A stretch of DNA of 64,000 nucleotides from Thermoplasmata archaeon (GTDB lineage: Archaea > Thermoplasmatota > Thermoplasmata > Lutacidiplasmatales > UBA184): the NCBI GenBank assembly GCA_035933635.1, contig DASYYY010000005.1, forward strand, positions 4 to 64,003. The letters are read 5' to 3'. Numbering within the stretch: the stretch's first letter is position 1; each line of letters starts with the position of its first letter. Position numbers and translations under genes: made by a program. Shown piece after piece: positions 8,935 to 17,899 of this stretch. Under the pieces are notes generated by a model. The model ran no database searches. It was given only the letters and a program-made list of their open reading frames with translations, and was not told where the DNA came from.

Positions 8935-10229
8935 TGGACGTCGTACCGATCCGTCACGCCTTCACCGCCGAGGGGCTCACCGCGCCGATCACCGTGCGCG
9001 GCTGGGTCCTGCGGGCCCGCTCCTCCGGTGGGATCGCCTTCCTCGTCGTGCGGGACCGCACCGGCACGCTGCAGGTCACCGCCCGCAAGGACGCCGTCGG
9101 CGACCAGGGGTTCGCCTCGGTCGAGCATGTCCAGCTCGAGGCGACCGTGCAGGCGACCGGAACCGTCCACGAGGACAAGCGCGCTGCCGGCGGGCGCGAG
9201 CTCCGCGCCAGCCGCATCGAGGTCCTCCACGCCGGTGAGCCGTTCCCGATCTTCCAGGACCAGACCGAGGAGTTCCTGCTCGACCACCGCCACCTCGCCA
9301 TCCGCTCGCAGGAGCACGTGGCGATGTTCCGCCTGAAGGCGACGTTGTTGCGCGCGATGCGCGAGTTCCTCGAGCGCGAGGAGTTCCTCGAGATGACCCC
9401 GCCGATCCTGACGGGCAACGCCGCCGAGGGCGGGGCCGAGGCGTTCACCTTCGACTACTTCGGGCGGCCGGGGTATCTCTCCCAGACCGCGCAGCTCTAC
9501 CTCGAGGCGCTCCTCGCTCCCCACGAGCGGGTCTACGCGATCACCCCCTCGTTCCGGGCCGAGAAGTCCCGGACCCCGCGGCACCTGACGGAGTACACCC
9601 ATCTCGAGGTCGAGATCGCCTGGTGCGACCTCGAGGGGCTCATCGGCTTCCTCGAGCGGTTCGTCGTCGACGCGCTCCACGAGCTCGCCCGCCAGCGCCC
9701 CAAGGAGCTCGAGCTGCTCGGCCGTCCCCCCGCCGAGCTCGAGGCGATCAGCGCTCCGTTCCCCCGGCTGCGCTACAGCGACGCGATCGACCGGCTCGCC
9801 CGGCAGGGGTTCCCCGTCAAGTGGGGCAGCGACCTCGGCGCGGCCGAGGAGCGCGCGCTCACGCTCGAGGAGAAGCTTCCGCTCTTCCTGACACACTTCC
9901 CGGTCGAGCTGAAGGCATTCTACATGCTGCGTTCGCCCGACGATCCGCGGACGGTCGAGGCGGCCGACCTGTTGGGACCCGAGGGCTACGGAGAGATCAT
10001 CGGCGCCAGCTGCCGCGAGACGAACGTCGATCGTCTCGTCGAGCGGCTCCGGGCCATCGGCGCGAACCCGGCCGAGTACGAGTGGTACCTCGACCTGCGA
10101 CGACACGGCAGCGTCCCCCACGCGGGGTTCGGGATCGGGGTCGAGCGACTTCTGAGGTTCGTCGCGCGCCGAGAGCACATCCGGGACACCACGCCGTTCC
10201 CCCGGACCCCCTCGCGCCACACTCCGTAG
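8934..10229 (+). CDS. aspS: Aspartyl-tRNA synthetase, archaeal type
   Basis: An OB-fold N-terminus (ITVRGWVLRARSSGGIAFLVVRD) is followed by class II motifs FRAEKSRTPRHLTEYTHLE and GFGIGVERL. The GTG start shares its first G with the TAG stop of the upstream TFS gene. Confidence 0.9.
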   Translation: MDVVPIRHAFTAEGLTAPITVRGWVLRARSSGGIAFLVVRDRTGTLQVTARKDAVGDQGFASVEHVQLEATVQATGTVHEDKRAAGGRELRASRIEVLHAGEPFPIFQDQTEEFLLDHRHLAIRSQEHVAMFRLKATLLRAMREFLEREEFLEMTPPILTGNAAEGGAEAFTFDYFGRPGYLSQTAQLYLEALLAPHERVYAITPSFRAEKSRTPRHLTEYTHLEVEIAWCDLEGLIGFLERFVVDALHELARQRPKELELLGRPPAELEAISAPFPRLRYSDAIDRLARQGFPVKWGSDLGAAEERALTLEEKLPLFLTHFPVELKAFYMLRSPDDPRTVEAADLLGPEGYGEIIGASCRETNVDRLVERLRAIGANPAEYEWYLDLRRHGSVPHAGFGIGVERLLRFVARREHIRDTTPFPRTPSRHTP

Positions 10230-10331
10230 CGCGATCGTCCTCCCTGAAGCCCGGCCATCCACCCCGATACGTTCGTACGCCGGGTCGAGCCTGGCGCCCC
10301 GCCGAGCGCAGTAACGTTCAAGTCGGGGGGC

Positions 10332-10922
10332 GTGCTAGACGCGTTCGAACCGAGACGCTCCGCTCCCGTAACTACAGGACCCCGCCCACCAAAAATGGAG
10401 AAACGACCAGAGAATTCTTCCGGGACTCCGCCCGCCGCGCCCCCGGGGAACGGTGCCGGGCTCGTCATCGGCCGTCTGACCCACGAGGACGTCGGCGACA
10501 GCGTCCAGCTGTTCCGCCGGGTCTGGGAGCCGTTCCTCGCGGGCCTCCCCGTCGAGGTCCAGAAGACCTGGCAACCCACCGCGCTCGAGTTCACGAGCAG
10601 CATGGAGGGCGTGACCTACTTCGCCGCCCGCCGGGACAACAAGCTCGTCGGGGTCGTCGGCTGCCGTCTGACCGCGGGCGCCTGCCAGCTCCTCAACCTG
10701 TGCGTCGACGCGGAGTTCCGACGGCGCGGCACGGGCACCGCGCTGCTCGCCGCGGCGCTCGGATGGGCCCAGCACGCCAACGCCCGATCGCTCTGCGTCG
10801 ATGTGATGGACCGGTTCGGCGACGCGATGGCGCTGCTGAAGGCGTCCGGCTTCACCCAGGCGGGGGTCCTTCACCGCCACTTTTGGGGTGAGGACGTCCG
10901 GATGTTCGAGAAGGTTCTGTAA
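10332..10922 (+). CDS. GNAT family N-acetyltransferase
   Basis: GNAT motif A is present (LCVDAEFRRRGTGTALL). The protein is 196 aa; an alternative start at MEKRPENS (10392) is possible. Confidence 0.7.
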   Translation: MLDAFEPRRSAPVTTGPRPPKMEKRPENSSGTPPAAPPGNGAGLVIGRLTHEDVGDSVQLFRRVWEPFLAGLPVEVQKTWQPTALEFTSSMEGVTYFAARRDNKLVGVVGCRLTAGACQLLNLCVDAEFRRRGTGTALLAAALGWAQHANARSLCVDVMDRFGDAMALLKASGFTQAGVLHRHFWGEDVRMFEKVL

Positions 10923-11970
10923 CCATCACCTCGCGCGCCCCACCGGCCGCGCGGGCCACGCTCGCCTTCAACGGAGCGAGGCGCCGCAGCTCGCGCATCG
11001 AGTCCTCGTAGTGCTCCGAGGCGAGCGACCGCGCGGCCCGGGCCAAGGTCGCGGCATCGCCCTCGACCCGTCCGCCGGAGCCGCGGTTCTTGACCAGGAG
11101 GTCGCCGTACCGGGTCACCAGCTGCGGGAGCGCACGTCCGAGCGTCTGGTGGACCTCGCCTTGGAATTCCCGGAGGTGCTGCTTGAGGTCGGCGAGCCGC
11201 CCGCGCCGAAGCTCCTGCTCGAGCTCCTCGCCGAGCTCCTCCGGGTCGTCCGGGACGGGGATGTCGAGCGCCTGCATGTCGCGCAGCAACGTGATCAGTT
11301 TCTCGAGCTCACCCCGCGCCTGGTCCAGGTGCCGCTCCTTCAGCGCGACGACGCGCGTGACCTGTTGGTAGGTCGAGAGCGCCCGGGCGACCTCGCCGGT
11401 GCGCGCCGCGTGGAGCGCGTCCTCGATCTCCTCGCGTTCGAGACGGCTGTCGACCGAGTAGGCCTCGAGCCGCCGGAGCCGCCCCTCGCACTGCTGGGCC
11501 CACTTCTCGAGCGACTGGACGATCCGCTGCTGCGCGATGCGCTCGATGCCGCGCACGACCTCTTGCCAGCGGTCGGGGTCCTCGCCGGAGTGGACGAACT
11601 CGAGCGCCCAGTTCGGAAGCTCGGGCACGCGGATGCCCAGCGGTCCGGCCGCATGGGCCCATTCGCGGAGCTTGGCCAGACGGCGGTCCATCGCCTCGCG
11701 CTGTCCCGGAGCGCCGCTCCCCGGTGAGGCACCGGCCTGAGGGGCGACGGCCGGGGCGGAGACCGGCGTATCGCAGACGGCGCAGGTCTTGGCATTGGCC
11801 GCGAGAGGGCTCCCGCACTGGGCGCAGCGTGCTAGCCGGCCGGCCACCGAACGCTCCGCGAAAGGCGCCGGACCAAGGTGCGATGAACGAGCCTGAACCG
11901 ATCCCGCATCTCGCAGCGCCGCGATACCCGTCCGAAGGACAGGACTCTCCGCCTGCACACCAACAGCCAA
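10852..11970 (-). CDS. Zinc-ribbon plus long coiled-coil protein (hypothetical)
   Basis: Near the N-terminus is CAQCGSPLAANAKTCAVCDTP, a CxxC-x-CxxC motif. After it comes roughly 250 aa of heptad-like, charged sequence (EELEQELRRGRLADLKQHLREFQGE...). The 3' end overlaps the convergent GNAT gene by about 70 nt. Confidence 0.5.
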   Translation of the reverse strand: MAVGVQAESPVLRTGIAALRDAGSVQARSSHLGPAPFAERSVAGRLARCAQCGSPLAANAKTCAVCDTPVSAPAVAPQAGASPGSGAPGQREAMDRRLAKLREWAHAAGPLGIRVPELPNWALEFVHSGEDPDRWQEVVRGIERIAQQRIVQSLEKWAQQCEGRLRRLEAYSVDSRLEREEIEDALHAARTGEVARALSTYQQVTRVVALKERHLDQARGELEKLITLLRDMQALDIPVPDDPEELGEELEQELRRGRLADLKQHLREFQGEVHQTLGRALPQLVTRYGDLLVKNRGSGGRVEGDAATLARAARSLASEHYEDSMRELRRLAPLKASVARAAGGAREVMVTEPSRTSGRPHPKSGGEGPPPG

Positions 11971-12113
11971 CCCGAAATCATCAACCTAGCGCCCCCCTCC
12001 GCCGCAGGGCCACTCCAGGGTGGGAGAGCCGCCGAAGGAGGAATCAGCGGTGGCGCGCCCCCACCCGGAGGCGGGCAGCCCGAAGGTTTGAGGGTTCCCG
12101 TGTACGGGGGACC

Positions 12114-13031
12114 ATGTACACTTCCTCCCAGTACGAGTTCCCGCAGCTGGCGGACGGCGTGTGGGCGGCGATCGCGCGCCCGGGTGCGGGCGCCACGAGC
12201 AACAGCGGGATCGTCGACACCGGACGCGCCGCGCTGGTGTTCGACACCTCGATGACCCCGAAAGGGGCCCACGAGATCCGCACGGCGGCGCGGATCCTCT
12301 CGGGCAAGGAGCCGCTCGAGGTGGTCAACAGCCACTGGCACCTGGACCACACCCTGGGCAACCGAGTGTTCGGGGGCTGCACGATCCGCTCGACGTTCCG
12401 GACCCTCGAGATGATCGAACGACGCGCCGCGCCGGTGGCCGACCAGGTCAATGACCCGTCCTGGGGTCGGTTCGCCGCAGCGGCCGAGAACCGGCGGAAC
12501 GCCGAGACCCGCCCCCTCTATCGGGCGGAGCTCGAGTGCGAGGCCGCCGCGCGCCGTGACCTGGAGGCGGGGCGGGGCGAGCTCGAACTCCGCGCCCCGG
12601 ACGAGGTGTTCCGCGAGAGGTACGTCTACCCCGGCGGCCGGGGCCTCTTGCTGGTAGAGGGCGCCGGGCATTCCGAGAGCGATACGGCCCTCTACGTCCC
12701 CGAGGCGGACGTGCTGTTCACGGGGGACTTGGTCGTCTCCGAGACGCATCCGGACCTATCGGCTTCGGACCCGGAGCGGTGGCTCAAGGCGCTCACCGGC
12801 GTAGAGGCGACGAAACCCAAGTTCATCGTGCCCGGCCACGGGCCCGTCGCGGATGTCCTCGCGTGCGCGACGCTGAGGTCCTATCTCGGGCAGCTCGCGG
12901 AGCTGGCGGCCGAGCCCGGGGACGCAGAGATGCCCCCGGAGTTCGCCGAGTTCCGGCGACCCTCGCTCTTCCCCGGGAACGTCCAACGGTTGAGGGAGCC
13001 CCCGCCCGATCGGGCCGAGCCCACCGACTGA
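12114..13031 (+). CDS. MBL-fold metallo-hydrolase
   Basis: It has the HxHxDH motif (SHWHLDHTLGN) and downstream His/Asp ligands (PGHG). The protein is 306 aa. Confidence 0.8.
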   Translation: MYTSSQYEFPQLADGVWAAIARPGAGATSNSGIVDTGRAALVFDTSMTPKGAHEIRTAARILSGKEPLEVVNSHWHLDHTLGNRVFGGCTIRSTFRTLEMIERRAAPVADQVNDPSWGRFAAAAENRRNAETRPLYRAELECEAAARRDLEAGRGELELRAPDEVFRERYVYPGGRGLLLVEGAGHSESDTALYVPEADVLFTGDLVVSETHPDLSASDPERWLKALTGVEATKPKFIVPGHGPVADVLACATLRSYLGQLAELAAEPGDAEMPPEFAEFRRPSLFPGNVQRLREPPPDRAEPTD

Positions 13032-13078
13032 CGCCCCGCCCCGCCGCGGTCCCCGTTCGGGGAACGAAGAGCGGGAGA

Positions 13079-13163
13079 TGCAGGGGGTGAGATTTGAACT
13101 CACGAACTCCTACGAGACTAGGACCTCAACCTAGCGCCTTTGACCAAGCTGGGCCACCCCTGC
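13079..13163 (-). tRNA. tRNA-Leu (anticodon GAG), class II with a long variable arm
   Basis: The minus strand reads GCAGGGG-TG-GCC...GGC-G-CTAGG-TTGAGGT-CCTAG-(long variable arm TCTCGTAGGAGTTC)-GTGAG-TTCAAAT-CTCAC-CCCCTGC-A. The acceptor stem is 7 bp, U33 and R37 are present, and the T-loop is TTCAAAT. No CCA is encoded. The boundaries were checked against the overlapping ORF translations. Confidence 0.8.
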
Positions 13164-13329
13164 AGGGCGGCGCGTTCCTACGAACCCTCCCGCTTAACCC
13201 TTGCGAGAGCGACACGTTCTCGGCGAGGTCGTTGTGGCCGCGACCGTCGTGCGCTGGCCGAAATGCGCCGGTGGCGGCGCATCCCTGCCCCCGACGAAAT
13301 TCCGGACCCTGCCCGCGAAAGGCACATCT

Positions 13330-13719
13330 ATGGCAGCCTCCTCGCTCGCCGATATGCCGCCCTCGGCGCCCCGCGAACGCCCTCCACCGGAGGTCGGTAC
13401 CACGGTGTTCATCGGCGGCAAGCCGACGATGACCTACGTCTTCCAGGTCGTCGCCCAGCTGAACAGCGGCTTCGGGCCGATCACCGTCAAGGCGCGCGGC
13501 AACGCCATCGCCAAGGCGGTGGACGTGGTCGAGGTCGTCCGCCACCGGTTCCTCGAGGGCCAGGTCTCGGTCGGCAAGATCGAGCTCGAGACCGAGCGGC
13601 TCGTCAACCGAGAGGGCCGGGAGGCCAACGTCTCGTCGATCGCGATCCCGCTCACGCGTACGGGACCGCCGCCGGCACCGGCGGCGGCGGCACCGGTGGC
13701 CACGGCGGGCTCTTCCTGA
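13330..13719 (+). CDS. albA: Alba DNA/RNA-binding protein with a Pro/Ala-rich C-terminal tail
   Basis: The core Alba sequence is IGGKPTMTYVFQVVAQLNSGFGPITVKARGNAIAKAVDVVEVVRHRFL. The N-terminal leader and C-terminal tail (TGPPPAPAAAAPVATAGSS) are non-canonical. Confidence 0.8.
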   Translation: MAASSLADMPPSAPRERPPPEVGTTVFIGGKPTMTYVFQVVAQLNSGFGPITVKARGNAIAKAVDVVEVVRHRFLEGQVSVGKIELETERLVNREGREANVSSIAIPLTRTGPPPAPAAAAPVATAGSS

Positions 13720-15562
13720 GCACCCAGGTCCCGGCGAAGACGTCGCCGAGCCGGCCGTGCTCGGGGTGCAGCATCATCACCGCGGCGCTGGCGAGGCCGA
13801 TGACCCCGACCGCGACCAACCCCGCCAACAGCAGGATCACCGCGTCCAGGCCGCTGAGGATGAAGGTGCCGCTCGTCACCGCACCCGTCCCCGACCGCAG
13901 CAGGACCACCAGCGCCACCCCCACCAGCTCGGCGATCACCGTGAGCGGCAGCACGCGGGGGGCGTTCCGCACCAGGACCGGCACGAACCCCGGGCGCACG
14001 AGGCTTCGGGTGCGGACCTCCAGCCCGCGGATCCGCTTCCCGGGTGTCGTCCCGGTGAACGCCTCGTTCAGCAGGAAGTACAGGAACCCGGCAGCAGTGT
14101 AGGCGAAGAGGGCGGTGTTGTAGGGGATGCCGAGCAGCACCGATTCGGCGCTCCCGGGTAGCAGCAGCGCGAGCGCGGCCCAGAGTCCAAGGGCCGGGCC
14201 CGTGATGATCGCAAGGTCGATCCCGAACGCGACCGAGCGTTCGACCACCGTTCCGAACGATCCCATCTCGAGCTGACGGGCGAGGTTGCGCAGGAAGCGG
14301 GCGGTGAGCAGCCCGCGCTCGGCGTCCTGGAAGCTGACCGGCCGAGCACGGGCCAGCGCGCGCAGGTTGAGGTGGTCGCCCGAGACCCACGCCGGGACCT
14401 CGAGCCCGGCCCAAGGTGGCTCGCCCGGGGCCGGGATCGGCAGCCCGCGGAGGGTGCGTACTTGATCGACGGAGGCATCGGCGCTCGACGCGGCCAGCTC
14501 CAAGCTCGCCGTCGGACTGCCGGCGCGCAATTGGCGGATCGCTTCGCGAAAGAGGCCGTTCGAGGTCGGCGGGGAGCGTGACGCGGCCCCGATGCCGGGG
14601 CCGGTCGCGGCCGTCCCGCCGGCTCCCGAGAGGCGAAGGACGACGAAGCTCGTGGCGAGCGAGATCAACCCACTGAGGTAGACCAGGTCGAGGACGCCCG
14701 CGCCGCCGATCGACAGGATGCTCGGGGCCCCGGCGTACAAGGGCGGCTGGTGCAGGACATCGGCCCCGACCAGCACCCCGAAGGTCGACGCCGCGTACCC
14801 GATGGCGACGCCGGCCACGGCCGGAAGGTCGAACCAACGGCCCGCCAGGGGGACCGCGAGCGCACCGACCGCGATCGGGGCGAGCAGGTAGTACGGGAAG
14901 CTCGAGAGGATCCCTTGGCCGGCGACGGCGTTCGTCGTGTAGAAGGTCAGCAGCAGGGCGACCAGGGTCAAGGCGATCAGTCCGCCGGCCGCCGCCGACG
15001 CGGGAGCGCGCTCGGAAGGCCTCGTGGGAGAGGAGCTTCCGATCCAAAGGAACAGCGACGTCCCCGCCGCGCCCGCGATCACGACCGCGGCCGGGACGGG
15101 CCCGGACAGAGGTGAGATCACCATCGCCAGTTGGGCGGACATCGGCGGTCGGAGGAAGTAACGGGCCCACGGCCCCCCGACGGGGCTAGCGACGAACAGC
15201 ACCAGGGCGAACAGCCCGGCGGTGATCGCGGCCAGGGCGGTGAGAAAGCGGGCGAGCACGGCCCGACCGTCCGATCCCCACCATCGGTAGATCAGATAGA
15301 GGCTCAGGGCGGCCGGAATCGCCGCCCCGCCGAGATTGACCGCGAGGGCGCTCCCGTTCCACCCGAAGACCGGTGCGTTCGCGAGCGAGGCGATGAAGGC
15401 GGACGGTACGAGGAGCCAGAAGGTCCGTCGCCCGAACCCGGCGGCCCGTGCGGTCGGCTCGTCCTCCCAGGCCCACAGGTAGAGCAGGAGCCACAGGAGC
15501 GGCGGGAGCGCCAAGAAGGCGACGTTGCTCAGGAGATCGTTCGTCAGGACTCCGAAATCCAT
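13652..15562 (-). CDS. Polytopic membrane protein with a C-terminal RDD-family domain
   Basis: There are more than 12 predicted TM helices. The C-terminal region has an RDD-like block (YTAAGFLYFLLNEAFTGTTPGKRIRGLEV). The start was taken at MDFGVLTN. The 3' end overlaps the convergent Alba gene. Confidence 0.6.
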   Translation of the reverse strand: MDFGVLTNDLLSNVAFLALPPLLWLLLYLWAWEDEPTARAAGFGRRTFWLLVPSAFIASLANAPVFGWNGSALAVNLGGAAIPAALSLYLIYRWWGSDGRAVLARFLTALAAITAGLFALVLFVASPVGGPWARYFLRPPMSAQLAMVISPLSGPVPAAVVIAGAAGTSLFLWIGSSSPTRPSERAPASAAAGGLIALTLVALLLTFYTTNAVAGQGILSSFPYYLLAPIAVGALAVPLAGRWFDLPAVAGVAIGYAASTFGVLVGADVLHQPPLYAGAPSILSIGGAGVLDLVYLSGLISLATSFVVLRLSGAGGTAATGPGIGAASRSPPTSNGLFREAIRQLRAGSPTASLELAASSADASVDQVRTLRGLPIPAPGEPPWAGLEVPAWVSGDHLNLRALARARPVSFQDAERGLLTARFLRNLARQLEMGSFGTVVERSVAFGIDLAIITGPALGLWAALALLLPGSAESVLLGIPYNTALFAYTAAGFLYFLLNEAFTGTTPGKRIRGLEVRTRSLVRPGFVPVLVRNAPRVLPLTVIAELVGVALVVLLRSGTGAVTSGTFILSGLDAVILLLAGLVAVGVIGLASAAVMMLHPEHGRLGDVFAGTWVLRKSPPWPPVPPPPVPAAVPYA

Positions 15563-15671
15563 CGCGCGTGCCCCTCCGCGGAGCCGACCGGGTGCGGGTC
15601 TTGCGACCGGCCCCCCGTCAGGGAGAGCGCTCACGCAAAGGGTTTTTGGGCAGGTCCGGGTGGTCGCGCCG

Positions 15672-17072
15672 ATGGCGGGGAACCGCGTCGAAACGGACTC
15701 GCTCGGCGAGCGCGAGGTCCCGGCGGGCGCCTACTACGGGATCCAGAGCCTGCGCGCCCGGGAGAACTTCCCGGTGAGCGGCCTGCGGTCGTCGCGACAC
15801 CTCGTCCGTGCCTACGCCGAGCTCAAGGGCGCCTGCGCGCGCACCAACGTCGAGCTGCGCGTGCTGCCGGCCGAGGTCGGTGCGGCGATCTCCCAGGCCG
15901 CGCGCGAGATGGCGTCCGGCAAGTTCGACTCCGAGCTCATCGTCGATGTGTTCCAGGCCGGTGCGGGCACCTCCTTCCACATGAACGTCAACGAGGTCCT
16001 CGCCAACCGAGCCCTCGAGATCCTCGGGCTACCGCGGGGCCAGTACGAGAAGGTCAGCCCCAACGACCACGTCAACCGCGGCCAGTCGACCAACGACACC
16101 TATCCGAGCGCGGCGCAGGTGGCCGCGGCGCTCGCGCTGGCGGAGCTCCGGGCCTCGGTCGAGAAGCTCGCCCAGAGCTTCGACCGCAAGGGCGCCGAGT
16201 TCGATCGGCTCGCCAAGTCCGGCCGTACGCACCTCAAGGACGCCATGCCCGTCACGCTCGGCGGAGAGTTCCGGGCGTACGCCAGCGTGCTCCGACACGT
16301 GCTCGAGCAGCTCCCCGGCGTCGAGCACGCGCTCATGGAAATCCCGCTGGGAGGGAGCGCCGTCGGGACCGGCATCAACACCGCGCACGGATACCGGGAG
16401 CGCGCCGTGGCGGAGTACGCCAAGGCGGTCGGACTCCCCCTCGTCGTCGCGCGCGACCCGCTCGAGACGATGCAGAGCCGCTGGCCGCTCGGGGCGGCGT
16501 CGGGCTGGCTCCGCGCGCTCGCCCTCGAGCTCATCCGGATCGCCAACGACCTGCGCCTGCTCTCGAGCGGCCCGGCGACGGGGCTCGATGAGATCCGTCT
16601 GCCCGAGATCCAGCCGGGTTCGTCGATCATGCCGGCGAAGGTCAACCCCTCGGCGGCCGAGTGCCTGGACATGGTGGCGTTCCACGTCGTGGGGGCCGAC
16701 CTCGCGAACTCCTTCGCCGTCCAGGGCGGGCAGCTCGAGATCAACGTGATGATGCCGCTCTCCGCCTACGAGGTACTGTTCTCGGCGGAGATCCTGACGA
16801 ACTACCTACCGGTCTTCGCCCGGACCTGCGTCGACGGGATCACGGCCAACACCCCCAAGCTCGAACAGAACCTCCTCGCCTCGAGCGCGCTGGCCACCGT
16901 GCTGACCCCCAAGCTCGGCTACCTGAAGGTGGCCGAGATCATCCACGAGTCGGAGAAGACGCGCACGCCGGTCAAGGAGCTCCTCGTCCGGCACAAGCTC
17001 ATGACCCCGCAGGAGGTGGAGGCGCTCCTGGGCACCTCGGCGCTCCTCAAGCTCGCCGAACCCCAGAGCTGA
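15672..17072 (+). CDS. Class II fumarate hydratase / aspartate ammonia-lyase family lyase
   Basis: It carries the signature GSSIMPAKVNPSAAE and the blocks TNDTYPSAAQ and MPVTLGGEF. From sequence alone it cannot be assigned to FumC or AspA. Confidence 0.85.
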   Translation: MAGNRVETDSLGEREVPAGAYYGIQSLRARENFPVSGLRSSRHLVRAYAELKGACARTNVELRVLPAEVGAAISQAAREMASGKFDSELIVDVFQAGAGTSFHMNVNEVLANRALEILGLPRGQYEKVSPNDHVNRGQSTNDTYPSAAQVAAALALAELRASVEKLAQSFDRKGAEFDRLAKSGRTHLKDAMPVTLGGEFRAYASVLRHVLEQLPGVEHALMEIPLGGSAVGTGINTAHGYRERAVAEYAKAVGLPLVVARDPLETMQSRWPLGAASGWLRALALELIRIANDLRLLSSGPATGLDEIRLPEIQPGSSIMPAKVNPSAAECLDMVAFHVVGADLANSFAVQGGQLEINVMMPLSAYEVLFSAEILTNYLPVFARTCVDGITANTPKLEQNLLASSALATVLTPKLGYLKVAEIIHESEKTRTPVKELLVRHKLMTPQEVEALLGTSALLKLAEPQS

Positions 17073-17097
17073 ACACTGGAGGGAGAGGCGTCGCTCC

Positions 17098-17886
17098 ATG
17101 CCCGAACGGTCGGCCTCGGCGTTCAGCCTGCCGACGATCGAGCAGGTCGCCGGGTCGTTGGGCAACGAGGTCAACACCGAGTACCGCCGGGCCGTCGAGG
17201 TGCTCGGGCGCGTCGGTCTGACGCTCTACGAGGCGCGTGCCTACATCGCCCTCGTCGCGCGCGGTGTCGGGGACGCCGCGACGCTGGCGCAGTCGGCCGG
17301 GATCCCGCGGACCTCGGCCTACAAGGTCCTCGAATCGCTCGTCGAGAAGGGGTATGCCAAACCCACCGGCGGCAAGCCCATCCTCTACCAGCCCAAGCCG
17401 CCCCTCGACGTGGCCGAGGGGCTCAAGGCGGCCATCGGCGAGGTGTTCGAGAAGCTCCACCTGCTCCACTCGCTCGTTGCCGAGCACGGCGAGCCCCAGC
17501 TCGTCTACCTGCTGAGCGGTCGCCCCAAGGTGCTCGGCAAGATCGGCGAGATCCTCGACTCGGCATCGAAGACGTTCATCCTGACCACCCCGCAGATCGT
17601 CGAGGTCCGCGAGGAGCTCGGTAAGAAGATCGCCCACGCGGTCAAGCGCGGCGTCCAGGTCACCTTCATCACCGCGCCGTTGCAGCGCGTGCCCGAAGGA
17701 GTGACCTACGTCGCCCGGCCCAACCTCCTCGCGACCGAGGTGCTCGCCGACGGCCAGCACGCGCTCATGGCCGCGCCGACGTTCGACGCCTGCGGGTTCA
17801 CCGATAATCCGATCCTCGTCAACCACCTCCAGCAGTTCCTCGATGTGATCCTCGAGAAGGGGAGCGTCGCGGCACCCCCGGGCTGA
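17098..17886 (+). CDS. TrmB-family transcriptional regulator
   Basis: The N-terminal winged HTH is LTLYEARAYIALVARGVGDAATLAQSAGIPRTSAYKVLESLVEKGYA. A TrmB-like C-terminal effector domain brings the total to 262 aa. Confidence 0.65.
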   Translation: MPERSASAFSLPTIEQVAGSLGNEVNTEYRRAVEVLGRVGLTLYEARAYIALVARGVGDAATLAQSAGIPRTSAYKVLESLVEKGYAKPTGGKPILYQPKPPLDVAEGLKAAIGEVFEKLHLLHSLVAEHGEPQLVYLLSGRPKVLGKIGEILDSASKTFILTTPQIVEVREELGKKIAHAVKRGVQVTFITAPLQRVPEGVTYVARPNLLATEVLADGQHALMAAPTFDACGFTDNPILVNHLQQFLDVILEKGSVAAPPG

Positions 17887-17899
17887 GCAACGCGGGTCG

